DNA of 64,000 bases, taken from assembly GCA_013265495.1 (NCBI GenBank), contig MU058781.1, forward strand, positions 7,669,009 to 7,733,008. Direction: 5' to 3'. Numbering within the stretch: the stretch's first letter is position 1; the number at the start of each line of letters is the position of its first letter. Made by a program: the position numbers and the translations under genes. The notes beneath the pieces are model-generated. The model saw only the letters and a list, made by a program, of their open reading frames with translations. It was not told the origin of the DNA and searched no databases. The DNA comes from Vicugna vicugna (Eukaryota). Shown in pieces: positions 38,481 through 51,307 of this stretch.

Positions 38481-39776
38481 GATAACCTGTGAAAACAAGC
38501 CGAGCCGCACGGCGCTGGCAGAGGTGCACCGACACGCCATTTTCTGATGTCATTTGTTCGCACATAATTCCACCTGAAGGAAACCTTTTCAGGGAGGCAA
38601 TCCTGAGTCCAAGTTCCTTCCACTTCTTTCTTCTGTTGTCTGTGCAGTCAGCCCAAAGGATATGTGAGCTCAGTTTGCAGAGAAATGCTACGGATAGAAA
38701 AGATCACGTCCTGTCCACTTAGAAGAGCTGAGCCTGTTTGGAAAGTGTTTTATGAACTGGAAACCTTTCTATGAGGTATTTCACTCCGGCCCCATAAAAC
38801 CTGACACCCTCCTGGAATTTCAGCCTGTTAAATTTGGCAGTGTTTCCTTCCTCGTGTAATGAGTTCAATTCATGTTTTCATTTAAGTTCATACCCAGATA
38901 CAAATTAGTGTCACTTCCACAGGCAACGATTCACAGAATTCCCAAGCACTCGGGCCGAGGGATGGAGGGTTTAGGAGGGTGAATGCCAAGTTCCCCCTTT
39001 CACATGGGGGCTCGGCGGCATTTGCTGTCTTTGACCCGCCTCGGTGCCAGGTCCCAGGGAGGCAGTTGGCTAAGTGGGCTCCTGGCTTCTATCTCAACGC
39101 AGGCTCGTCTTCCGGAGCCTCTCTGAGTTTCCTGTGGCAATCCTTCTTTGTGTCCCTCTGAGAAAGAAACAATAATCGCTATTTTTTTTTTTTCCAGGAG
39201 GAAAGTTCAAGAGCACAAGTGGTTTTAGTTAGGGATTCAATAAACACTTTGGCAAGAATAAGGACCACGATGTGGAAAAGAACGACTTTCCTCCCAGTCC
39301 TAGGTTAAGGTGGGCAAAGCCAGGCATCGGCAGTGTTATGAGGTATTATGACCTCTGTCCTTGGCTGATACACCAGGTAACTAAAATCTAAAGCCTACTC
39401 AATGGCTGTTTTTTAAATAGATGGTAACAATGGCGGCGTGAGGGCCGGGTGTAGGAAAGCTCTGTCCTGCCATGGGGAATTTGTCCTGATTTGCATTGAC
39501 TTTATGACTTCCTGCAGGCGAACACCTGGAGACTCTTTCCTGGAGGTAGCGCTGAGCCCAGGTCAAGGCCCATCATACTGTCTTCACCAAGAGCCCTGAA
39601 GCTGGCTCTTCCCTCCCCCAGGCCAAGTTCTCAGACTTCAAAGAGCTGATGCAGAGGAGACAAGGTTGGAAAATAAAAGGGTAGTTAAAAGAAGTTAAAA
39701 AATATCCACTTGTCCTCTTCGTGTTCAAGAGAGCAAACAAACACACATGCACACACGCACATTCATATTGTACTAG

Positions 39777-40363
39777 TGAAGGAGGATTAATAAAATGGCC
39801 GCACTTAGGCTAACAGATTGTATATTCTTATGCTCGCCCCTAAAACGGTCAACTGGCCTGACTGACCGGGTCTGCTACTCACAGTTCCAGGCCCACTGTT
39901 AAAACAAAAGCTATTGACCTTATTGTTTCTACTTTATTCCAGTCATTGAAAGTAATAATCACACTTGGTCTCTGAGTCCTTCTCCAGGGAGAAGGTCGCA
40001 GGACTGTAACCTTACAAAATAGCCTGAATTACCAAGAAGACCACACCTTGAATGCTTACGAGATAAAGAGATCTAACCGCTGGCCTGTATAGAATTGGTC
40101 GCCTGGAGGCATCATGACACAATTCTAAGTCTTCTAAGGAGAAAATGATTCTGTTGATCTTATGGAAGCTTCGAGGTTGAGCTACGGCTGTATAACCACC
40201 CCACCCCATCCCTGAGGGGGGTTCACAGTTTTGAAGGCACTAGCCTGCTGTGCGTCCCCTTTGCCGGGCAAAGCAATAAAATTATCTCTTTTCTTCTAAG
40301 CTCCAAGACCCCGTCTCTGGGTTATTCGGCTCTTCAGGGACAGGGGCCGATCTTTCGGCAACA
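39777..40363 (+). mobile_element. Relatively young solo LTR (ERV1-like)
   Basis: TG...CA termini (TGAAGGAGG...GGCAACA), perfect 4-bp TSD CTAG (39773-39776 and 40364-40367), TATAA at 40191, AATAAA at 40275-40280, retained CpGs. Confidence 0.9.
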
Positions 40364-43300
40364 CTAGCATTTTGCTGAGCGAGACATTTGTAACTGAGTT
40401 TTCCTAATCACATGATTGAAGCCACGGTACTAGGAACCCCAACTCTCCACACTGATAGTACCATCACTTTTCATGATTCCAGGAGAGGCAGACAATGGAG
40501 CCCACCCTGGCGGACGGCGGACACACCCCCCTGGGAGATGTGTTCGTGGAACTCCTCCACCGGAGAAATGGCTCCAGTTCGGCGTGGACCACGTTTTCTT
40601 TGTGTGCCCCACTTAGATGCCCAGGGATGACTGACAAGACTTGCTCTATTAAAAAAGTTATTTTTCTAACCTCCCTCTAGAGAATTCTCATAAAGTCTAC
40701 CCTGGCCACACTACTTGGAGGTCGTTACGCCACCACACTTGTCTAAAATTGCATGTTTTCCAAATTGTCCCATTACAGGCTAAAATATATACTCATATAT
40801 CCCTTTTAATATGATAGCTTCATATTGGTGTGATTCATTCATTAATCAATTAATGTATTATTTGAACAATGATTTTAGTGAACATCTACTAATTTCAGGC
40901 ATTGCACTAGAAGCTGTACACAAAGCATGAATAAGACAAGTTCTCTGGTGTGTATTAATAATCCGGGGCTAATATGGGAAATAATCAGTTATAATAAACT
41001 GGACATAATGGAGGAGAAAATTATGAAAAAGCTACTTCAGACCCTAAGGCACCCAGTTTAAGGCATATTCTCTATGTTACAGATTCTGTTTTGCTTATTC
41101 AAATGATTCTAGGAAGTTTAAATGGTTATATTTATGTTGCCATATCTCAACCCAGCATGCAGGAAGTGGCCTCATTTTTAAAAACTGTGTTTCATCAGGA
41201 GCACTGAGCTGGTGTGACATCAGTGTGCCTGTCACAAAAAACTCAAATCCAAGAAGAAAAACTATTGCCTCCATTATCAATGTCACACCTACAGGGACAC
41301 TGGGTTTCACTTTGGGGCACTAGAAGACGTAAGTTTACCACCTGGGGCTTCAGCTGAAAAAAACTGACAAATTCAGAGAGTTGCAGAAAAGAAAAAATAA
41401 TTGATCACCCTATAAAGCGCTACTACAGAAACCACAGAATTTTCTTCTGCCGCCATCGGAAAGCAGGGCCTGCCAGACTGTTACGATATGCTCTCAGTGA
41501 TTTCGAGAAAGAGGATGAGAGGGGAGAGAGAAGGCTAGGGTAGGACTTAGAAAGAGCTATGAGGGGACCTGAACGGAGGGAGGAAACGGCTGATGCCAGG
41601 TTGTCAGTAGAAAAGGACTATGATGCTCTCATGGTGCTAGAAGAGGTCAATAAATCACCACCCTTATCTTGCAAACAGAGCCTGTGACTTCAAAAATTAG
41701 CTCATTTACTCTGCACAATTAAATTTATTGAAGTGTGACAGAAAAGTTTAGCAGCCAGTGGAGCATAAAGCCAGCAACAGCCAAAGCGAGCTTCTGAGTG
41801 AATGACACAATTAGTTGATTTTCATTTTATTTATCAATATAATTATTCAATTGTATTTATCCTTTTTCACAGATTTCTACAATTATTAACGCACGGGCCT
41901 CTAGGGAAAGAATTAGTTCACATTTTCAGTTTAAGTTAATGTGATTATGGAGCCGCTAATAAAAGGGAAGTTCTTTAAAGTGCCACACAATCTTGTATTC
42001 AATGTCACTCCCATCATCAGGCTTTGAAATTCAGTCGCCTTTCATGTGGCTGTGGTAAATTGAATTCAAATTTGCGAAACTGGCAAATTCCCTAGGTGGG
42101 GACTGAGCTGGGATGGCCAGCACCCTCCCTCTCCTATGGGACTTTAAAGCAGCTAGAGATTTGTCTTACATTTAAAACTGGAGATCAGAACAATTTTTTT
42201 TTCCATTTTTGGTTTTGAAAATGATAAAAAAAGAAACCCTGGAAATATATTGTCCTTAATGAAGTTTAGAAAAGAAAGAAGACTAGAGTGATAGGAATGC
42301 TTGCTTTTTGGATTTTTTTTTTCCCTTTTTCAGTACCTGGCATTCTGCTATGTCTCTGAGGAAGCCTGTCAAAAAGATAGAATAAAAGTTACTAGGACAG
42401 TATTCCGGTTCCAGGGTGCGATGGAGAGCAGCCTGCCGCACAGTTTCTGGGAGACCAGTTTACCCCCTTTGAAGCAGCAGCACATGAATTCACCAGCTGT
42501 CTGGGTCTGAGCAGCCTTCTCCCAGTGAATCAAAAGACTTATGGGTGCCAATGTACACATGTCCTGCAAGGTCTGAAAAACGACCCATTTCCCAGCGGGA
42601 ACTCAATCCCATTCGTCGCCCACAGGCCTCTCAGTTAAATGTTAGTGATCTTCAGCATCTGAGAGGTGCTTAGTTTCCCCAGGAAGGTGGAGTGGAGGTA
42701 ACTCAAATTCAACTTTTAACAGACCCCACCCAGCATACAGTTCTAACGAAATCTCTTAAGGCCGTGATTTTTAAGCTCTGAATCTGTAAGGATGGGGGAT
42801 CTTGTTAAAACGAAGATTTCCAAATTCCTCCAAGCGAGGAATCTGTTGCTCATTTTTAAATGAATAAGAGATCCCCTTGGCCGTGGCCTTGGAATCAACT
42901 TCAAGAAGTATTGAACGTGCTCAAGTACGTCATGTACTTGAATAGTGGCAGCTCTTCCAAAGATAAGCAGTACTGTTCTCCACAAAACTTGGAGAACTAC
43001 TGACTCACAGGTGAAGATGAGAACACTAAATCCTGACCTGAACATGGGGTCCATATTCATAACAAGCTGACCATGCCCAGCTTAAGCAGGATTATCACTG
43101 CCGCACATTCACGTGTTAGAACTCACCCAGTTCTCACTGATGTTTGATAGTACACAGAGTAAGAACTAACACTGACTGAGTGCCCATTAGGACCTAAAAC
43201 AATTCTGTATGCAACTTTTATTTCAACGCTCACATTTAATCTATCAGCAAGACCTATCTCTTCTGCATCCAAAATACGTCTCAAAATCCTTGACATCTTT

Positions 43301-44649
43301 CCATATCCACTGGTTTAAGTCCTTTCTTCCTCACCCTGGACCACAGTGGCCGCAGCAGATCGGCTGGGAGGAAGCTACAGGTTCACATCTGTGAGAAAGC
43401 CTAGGATGAGGTCAAGGAGGGCCTTGTAAGCTTTCAACTCAGGATTTTATCCTAAATGTGATGGGAAGTCACTGAAGTGCTAAGATGTCACGATCATCAA
43501 GATGTGACTCATCCTTTTAAAGGATTCGTTCTGACAGCTAAATGGAGAATAGGCTGTAAAATGTGTGTAAGAACGAGTACAGTGTGAGATCGAATTCTGA
43601 AGTCACAGGACAAGACTTCAGAAAGGCGCCCTAGCTCGCTGTTAACTGCAGAGTGAACACACACCCACAGGTGGTGAGAAAGAGGTCTCTTCTCTTCCAA
43701 CTCTTTCTTCCGCAATTCAGGGACTACTTCTGACGTGTTTCTACCTAATCTTTATGTCATTATAATGCGGTTTTTGGATCCATACTTTGGACTATATTCC
43801 CAGTGATCCAAAGACTTAGTTATCTTTTTTCTCCTTGTAATTTTTGAGAGAGTCTAGCAATGAGCTGCACAATTAGGTAATAGGGAGTATGCACAGAATT
43901 TGTGGGAGGATGTTGTGGTACCACCACAGGGCTTGTGGCAGACAGCTAGCATTCATAAACTTCTATCATCCTGGGCTACCAAGGCAGCAGTTTTCACTAG
44001 TGTCAGGCCACTCACTTTCCAACCCACTTTTTTTTTTTTTAAATGACAGAGCGGGGAGAGTAAAGAGGAGCATGGAATTTTCATGGGTCATTGGAGAAAG
44101 AACCAACTCACTTCTGGGATGACTGGACCTTGTCATCAGAGCACAGGGGTTAAAATTATGCACAGATGGAATAAATAGGCCTCCCTTAAAGTGAAATAGA
44201 GAAGGTCCAATATTTCCCTTCAAGTTAAAAGAGGAAAAGGAGACATGGAGGCCGCAAGTCTATTTTGTGGTGACCCAGTTGTACTGGTGACCCGGGGCTA
44301 TAAGTCAATTTACACGTGTGCACAAATTTCAAGCACAGCTTTCAAGCTGTACGTGAACAAGTTGCATCAACTCTAACAGCCCTATTCTGAATGCAGCACT
44401 TCCCTGAACATTTTGCTTCTGTGGCAGATACTTTTAAACCTTGAGATTATTTTTGGTTAAGTTCCAATTCGAACTCTCTTAATAATACCCAACACCAAAC
44501 GTATATGTTGAAATTTCCAAGAAATTGCCATTTTCTTTTGAGTTGGATTTCCTGGTAATCGCTCATGGATTTTAATGCATGGGCTATAAATTAACCAGCT
44601 TTTGTACATTGTTAGGACAAGTGCTTAAAGCCCTGAGCTGGTATCTTTC

Positions 44650-45130
44650 CCCAAAGGATAGGCTATGCCCATGTATATCAGGACACAAATCTTTTCAGCC
44701 TTCTTGGATTCTGTCAGTACTGGGTGTTAGTAAAAGCCCGCACTGTGGGGTGTGGTATCAGCCTCTGGAGAAGTGGTGCAGGGGCCAGGTGACCCAGTCT
44801 AGGCAACTTAGCTTCAGGGAGTTAGCTCCTCACGGGATGACAGTTGGCCAGCTGGAAATGGGAGGTGGATGAGAGCTAGACAAGCACGTTTCCCCTTCTT
44901 TTTCCATCCTGTGGTAAAGTTTCTTCTTATAAACCTTCTACAGAATCCCCATGTACAGAATTAACAATTCTACTAAGTAACCTGCCGTGGCCTGTTATAA
45001 AGCGGCCACACGCTGCACTCCAGTTTACCTTGCTCTCCCCTTCACTGCCCTGGATGTGTACCTCCAAGGAAAATGCCAGCACCAATCCCTGGCCTCAGGA
45101 CCTGCCTTCTAGAGGACTCAAGCTAAGACA
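44650..45130 (+). mobile_element. LTR16-family-like ERVL LTR
   Basis: 3' terminus ggcctcaggacctgccttctagaggactcaagctaagaca; internal ggagttagctcc...ggccagctggaaatgggagg. Confidence 0.6.
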
Positions 45131-45369
45131 AAAAGTTCTCTGTAGGTGTGGAGGAAGAACAATATATGAGATACTGGCATTAGACAGATTCATCATTTGC
45201 CTTGGATATTAAGATGAAATATTTTCACAGAGTTCATCATATTAACAAGACTCCATTAAAATACAGAGCTATCTATCTGGGGGTATTAAAAAAAAGTGAG
45301 GGTTAATGAGAATCCACAAAATAGCCTGAGTATTAGAAAACAAAATGGAATCACTGTATTATAATGTGA

Positions 45370-45570
45370 CTGTGTGACAACTAAGCCACAGACACTGTTC
45401 TAAGCATTTCACGTGCTTTCAGTCATTTAATCACTGACATAGTCCTATGGTAAAGGTATTGTTACCCTAATTTTATAGATAAAGAATAAAGGTCAGCTGG
45501 GTAGTTAAGAAGTTAAAGAATTGGATTTGGGATTCAGCTCCAACCCCAAAGCCCATTTTCTTCCTTTTAT
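45370..45570 (-). mobile_element. MIR SINE
   Basis: agacactgttctaagcattt...catttaatc...ggtattgttaccctaattttatagataaagaa. Confidence 0.7.
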
Positions 45571-48500
45571 ACTGGAAGTACTATGGGGTTATTTTAAACA
45601 CGAGATACATTTTGACAACTTAAGTTACATATAAAATGGTATAACTAAGTAACATTCCTTAATTAAGAGATCTGGAAAAGAGGTTTGTTGTTTTGTTTTG
45701 TTTTGTTGCAGACTATCATGTAGGAAAAGATACGTTCGGGGATGCAGTCAGTCTTGCTGAAGTCATTTTTAGTCTCTTTTCCTGGCCAACTATAATACCC
45801 AACCATAAATGGCCGTTATCCCTGTCCAGCTAAAATTAGCTTTGTTTTAGTCCTGTCATGTTAAAAAGCTGTTAGACATGAATTAGGCTAAGAAATTCTT
45901 CCTCCACCAAGGAGCTGTACAACAGATATCACATATTCACCAATGCCAAACCACATAAACCCCAGAGCGGTTATTAGAGTTCTGAAGCACTGTTCCATTT
46001 TTAATCAGCCTTTGGGTGAAAGGCGTTCTCCGCCCTCAGTCCTTCAGAGTCCTCCTCTATGGCATCAATTACAGTTAGTGTCACCTCCTCTTAGTAGTTC
46101 TCCCCACTAATAAATATCACACTATCCTGGCTTTCTAGTCAGCAGACTACCCTCCAACATCTTTTACCCAAACAAAATGGACCGAAAGATACAAAAACTA
46201 ATGGTGTGTGTGCGCTTTATTCAAACTTCACTACTAATGATATAACAACTAAAACTTACTGAGCGCTTAAGCGTGGACAGACACACCACGTACATTTCTT
46301 TCTTCAAATTCCTCAGTAATTGCTGCACTGGCATGATGACCTTTCTTTCTCTTTCCCTCCTTCCATTCACTTTTCTTTCCCTCTCCCCCTCCTTCTTCCT
46401 TTTCTCTTAAACACGTTAAAACTGAGTCCCACCAAATTCATGTATTCATATATGATGACATACACACGTGTAGGAAGCATGCCTGCCTGATTTCTACCCC
46501 AGTTCCTTTTCACTGTAACGGAACATCCAAAGGGGGCTGGACATGCACGGCTGTGGGTCGAAGAAAACGGAGTCACCAGATCATTTCAGATGACATTATT
46601 TCTTAAAGAAAAAAAAGAATCTTTGGTAAACGTGAATTAATTATTAGTGAATAATGCTAAATTCTATTTTGTCTTATTATACTGAGTCTACTTGAAAGAG
46701 ATTTCCGTGGTCCTGAGCAATCACATCTTCCCTCTGCACTCTGGATTCTTTGGTGTATACCATCTTTTGTAACATTTCTCAAGTTGTACCCATCAAGGAA
46801 AAGTTAAGACTTTTCAGAATTTTGGAAGCATTTTAGTGCCTGGGGTGTCATCACCCTTTTTCTGTTTGGCTTACACTCCCTATCTGGCATAAATATATAT
46901 GATAGAAGTAAGTCCTTCCATTTCCATGGGGATAAAACACTCTGTCACTATAAGAATACGTTGCCAGTTTGAACTCTGCGTTTTCCTTGAAGACGCTTTA
47001 GGGACTGCTGATATTCCCCCCAGGGCCCCAGGAAGGAACAGAGCTCAAAGCAAGAGATCTGAAGGACTGAGAAAGAACTAACAGACACTAAGTCTAATTT
47101 CAGGCCAGGCAGAAGGGAAGGGAGGAAAGAAGTGGGGAAGGAAAGAAGGAAGAACCCAATAGAGAAAATATTTTGATAGGTTTTTTGGAAGATCTACAGC
47201 TAGATCTTCACAAACAAAGCAAAGAGCTGAAATTGTCTTATCCCCAGCAAATAAAATCTGATTCTCAAAATCCAATCAGCTAGATATGACCAGGAAAGTC
47301 TATATTTTCTCATTTCCACACATACAACTCCAGAGGCTGAAACGAAGTATCTTCTAGAAATTCCAACATCATCACCAGCTCAGAACTTTACACTTTACAT
47401 TTTCTCAGAGAATCGATAGCTAACAGTCTCAAATGCAATTTTCCCTCTGCTTATTTAGAATTAGGTACGAAATTTGTTGTCCATCATCTCAAAATAACAA
47501 ATCTATGGCATTAAATATGAAATCCCAAATCATCATCCAAATGCATAGATTTATTTTTTTCTGTAACAATGTATGCTTTGCTTATGAAGAAAATTCCAGA
47601 TTAAGCTATTTAACAGATTACTGGAAATCTGCTCATGCTGACATTGTTTTTGCATGTTCTGTGTGCCTATTATAAGAAACAGAGTAAAGTAGGCACCAAA
47701 TTTAAAAGAATACTTAATGAAAGGAAAATAAATTTAGAATTTGACAAGTACTTTATTATCAATGTATAATACAGGACAAAATTAAAATTCTTGCTAAGGT
47801 TTAGTCACTATGAAAATCTATTTTTTTTCTTGTAATTGTTTAAGCAACTGCTTTTAACCCAAATGTACAGAGCCTTGGTTTCATTTTCATGCTTACTATA
47901 AATGCGTCCATCTCTTTGTAACCATGGATAAAAGCTGACTTGAGTTATGTGTCATATAATTGGAAGTAAAAGTGATGTCTTTTATTTGTATATAGTTTTC
48001 TCTTTATAAAACACTTTAAAATGTTTTTCTAGATCTTACATTTATGAGTTAAATTGTGTTACACTAAATTGCTTTGCCCGTATTACAGAAAATAAAACTG
48101 AGTTACAAAGTGACTAGCCAAAGGCCACAGAGTTAGTAAGTAGCAGACCAAGACGACAACCCTCTTTACTGGAGTCTCAGCCAAGCAGGATCCTATCCCC
48201 CACAGAACAGCTAGCTCCTTTCCAGTATTACAATGCACACAGATACTGGTCCTTACTTCTGAGAATCTGATGTCCCAGGTGGGACACAGAAATGTTCAAT
48301 TCAGGCCAAGTCACCTGATCTCCTTCTCTTTCTGTTATCTCTTCTGAGCCTGCCTTCATCTGAAGGTAAGCGATAATATCCAAACTCAGGAGAGGGTTCA
48401 CTACCTTCAAGCAAACTGGCCTGTTAAAAGAATTAGCTCATATGGATGACTTTAGAAGTACGGTTATTGGATTTATGCCTCATACTTTTCAGCCAACACT

Positions 48501-48959
48501 GGATTAAAACCGGCTGTGCCCTTTCCAAAACTTCCCAGCTTCAGACAAGGGATATTCTTCTGTTTCAAAGTCACCTTCAGGTGATTTCCTTTAAATAGAT
48601 AAATAAATATTAAGTTGAATTTGAGCTTTTGCATGATTCTTTGAACTACTTTCCTTAAAAGGTCAATTTTTTTTTTACATATAACATAGCCAAAAGAAGA
48701 AAAATATCAAAATTTAAAATTGGCAAAAGGCTATAAGCCCTGCAGAAACATTTTTACTTAAATTTACATAACAAATTTCTGAGTTAAAACATTATTTCCT
48801 GAAGATTACAAAATGCTTCTTTGCCTAAGAAAAGCCTAATATAAAACTGTACTCTTACCTGTTTCCAGACAATGCAAAGTCCCAAAAACATTTTAATTCC
48901 ACTTACCCCTCCCATCTTGTATGCTATTATCATTATGTATTTTAATCTCTCTATATATA

Positions 48960-49138
48960 TTTTTAAAAGTTTTTATTGAAATATATTTGGTTTCCAATGT
49001 TCTATTAGTTTCTAGTGTACAGCCAAGTGATTCAGTTACATATATATATATATGGGTGGGTGTGTGTGTGTGTGTGTATATATATATGTGTGTATGTATG
49101 TGTATATATATATATATATATGTGTATGTGTGTGTGTC

Positions 49139-49227
<89 letters not shown>

Positions 49228-50278
49228 TTTCAGACTTTTTTCCATTACAGGTCATTGTAAGATATTGAATATAGTTCCCTGTACTATACCGTAGGTCCTT
49301 GTTTATCTATTTTATGTATAGTGGTGTGTATCTGTTAATCCCAAACTCCTAAATTATTCCATCCCTTCCTTTTTCCTTTCGTAACCATTAGTTTGTTTTC
49401 TGTCTGTGAGTCTGTTTCTGTTTGTAAGTAAGTTCATTTGTATCATTTTTTTTTAGATTCCACATGTAAGTGATAGCATGTGATATCTGTCTTTCTGTCT
49501 GACTTACTTCACTTAGTACGATGATCTCTAGGTCCATCCATGTTGCTGCAAATGGCATTATTTCATTCTTTTTCGTGGCTGAGTAGTATTCCATTATATA
49601 TGTACCACAATTTCTTTGTCTAGTCATCTACTGTTGGACATTTAGGTTGCTTCTATGTCTTGGCTATTGTATATAGTGCTGTTATGAACATTGGGGTACC
49701 TGGATCTTTTCATATTAGAGTTCCCTCCGGATATATGCCCAGGAGTGGGATTGCTGGATTATATAGTAACTCTATTTTTTGTTGTTTAAGAAACCTCTAT
49801 ACGGTTCTCCAAAGTGGTTGCACCAATGTACATTCCCACCAACAGTGTAGAAGGGTTCCCTGTTCTCCACACCCTCTCTAGCATTTGTTATTTAGACACT
49901 TTTTGATGATGGCTATTCTGACCCGTGTGAGGTGATACCTCATTGAAGTTTTGATTTGCATTTCTCTAGTAATTAACAGTGTTGAGCATCTTTTCATGTG
50001 CTTGTTGGCCATCTGTATGAAATCTCTAAGTCTTCTGCCCATTTTTTGATTGGGTTGTTTGGTTTTTGGTATTGAGTTATATGAGCTGTTTATATATTTT
50101 GGAAATTATCCCCTTGTCAATCACATCATTTGCAAATATTCTCTCCCATTCCATAGGTTGTCTTTTCATTTTATTTATGGTTTCCTTTTCTGTGCAAAAG
50201 CTTTTAAGTTTAATTAGATCCCCTTTGTTTATTTTTGCTTTTACTTCCATCACTCTAGGAGACGGATCCAAAAATACT
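48960..50278 (-). mobile_element. 5'-truncated LINE-1, minus strand
   Basis: Minus-strand peptides KAKINKGDLIKLKSFCTEKETINKMKRQPMEWE and IMPFAATWMDLEIIVLSEVSQ; T-rich tail at ~48960-48975. Confidence 0.95.
49040..49222. repeat. Long compound (TA)n(TG)n microsatellite within the L1 3' UTR
   Basis: Direct observation of alternating TA and TG blocks over ~180 bp. Confidence 0.95.
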
Positions 50279-50384
50279 GATTTTATCTTATATAACCAAT
50301 ACCAATTTAGATTTAGCTGCGTATTTACCCTTTTTTTAGCTCTATCATCCAATTTGTTTACATTTATTGGTATATATTTAGTTT

Positions 50385-50627
50385 TTACTTTAACTTTCTA
50401 ATTTTACTGTGACAAGACACAACACAAAATCTATTCTGTTAACAAATTTTAAGCATGAAATATATCACTGTTGACTACAGGTACAACAGATCTTTAAAGC
50501 TCATTCATCTTATTTAATGAAACCTTATGCCTGTTGATTAATAACTCCCCATTTCCACCCTTCCCCTCACCCCCGACCCCAGTAACCGCCATTCTAGTGT
50601 TTGATTTTACGAATCTGACTATTTGAG
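50385..50627 (-). mobile_element. Older L1 (L1MA/MB-type) 3' end
   Basis: aaaatctattctgttaacaaattttaag...aactccccatttcc...cccagtaaccgccattcta. Confidence 0.75.
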
Positions 50628-51227
50628 AAATATGTACATGGCTTTAGGAGAAAAGGAACTCTAAAAGCAAGGCTCTCTCCTCTGGCTTTCATTCTTCTCC
50701 CTGGTTTTGATTCTGTAATTTCTCACCATCTTGTTGGCTTTCTAATGTATCAGGAAAATACATTTTATACTGTACAGGTTTTCTAGCTGCTCTCATAATT
50801 TCCTAACCCACCATAAATGGAAGAGAAACTCTGTAATGTTTTAAGAGAAAAATAAACCCATACAATGATGTGCCTGTGCTATATGGGAGACTTTACACTT
50901 GCAGCTAAAAAGGAATTGAGAAATTATCACTTCACTCTCTTATCTCACAGGTGAGCAAAGTAAGGTTGCTAGTTAGTCAGTCATAGGTAGTTGAAGTACT
51001 CACTCCCACTCCAGTAATTTCCTTCCTTTATATGAAAAATAACAGATGTCTAGAAACAAGAATGACTGGACACTCTACTCACCCCTTTCCTAGGCGTCAA
51101 GGCAATGATGTAATACTGTGTTCGTCTGTTTTATGTTTTACTTGAAACAGATGAAGAGAGACCCAACTATTTGTATTTTTCTTAAAGATCTCTAGGAAAG
51201 GGGATTCACCTAGGCACCTGGACTTAC

Positions 51228-51307
51228 TATTTGAGAAGAGTCAGGAAACACCGTCTTAAATTCAATGTAACCATGACTGCTGCAGCCACTTTGAATGTTT
51301 CTACTCT
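51228..51307 (-). other. Candidate 80-nt cassette exon
   Basis: Acceptor atgtttttccttttccgaag|AGAG, donor ATA|gtaagt (plus acttac at 51222-51227). Contains an ATG encoding MVTLNLRRCFLTLLK. Confidence 0.35.

Noticed and set aside
48853..48910. Two minus-strand donor-like sites next to the L1 tail
   Set aside because: No matching acceptor or promoter; donors alone are common by chance.
48921..49294. ORFs rich in YI/CV repeats
   Set aside because: Translation of the (TA)(TG) microsatellite.
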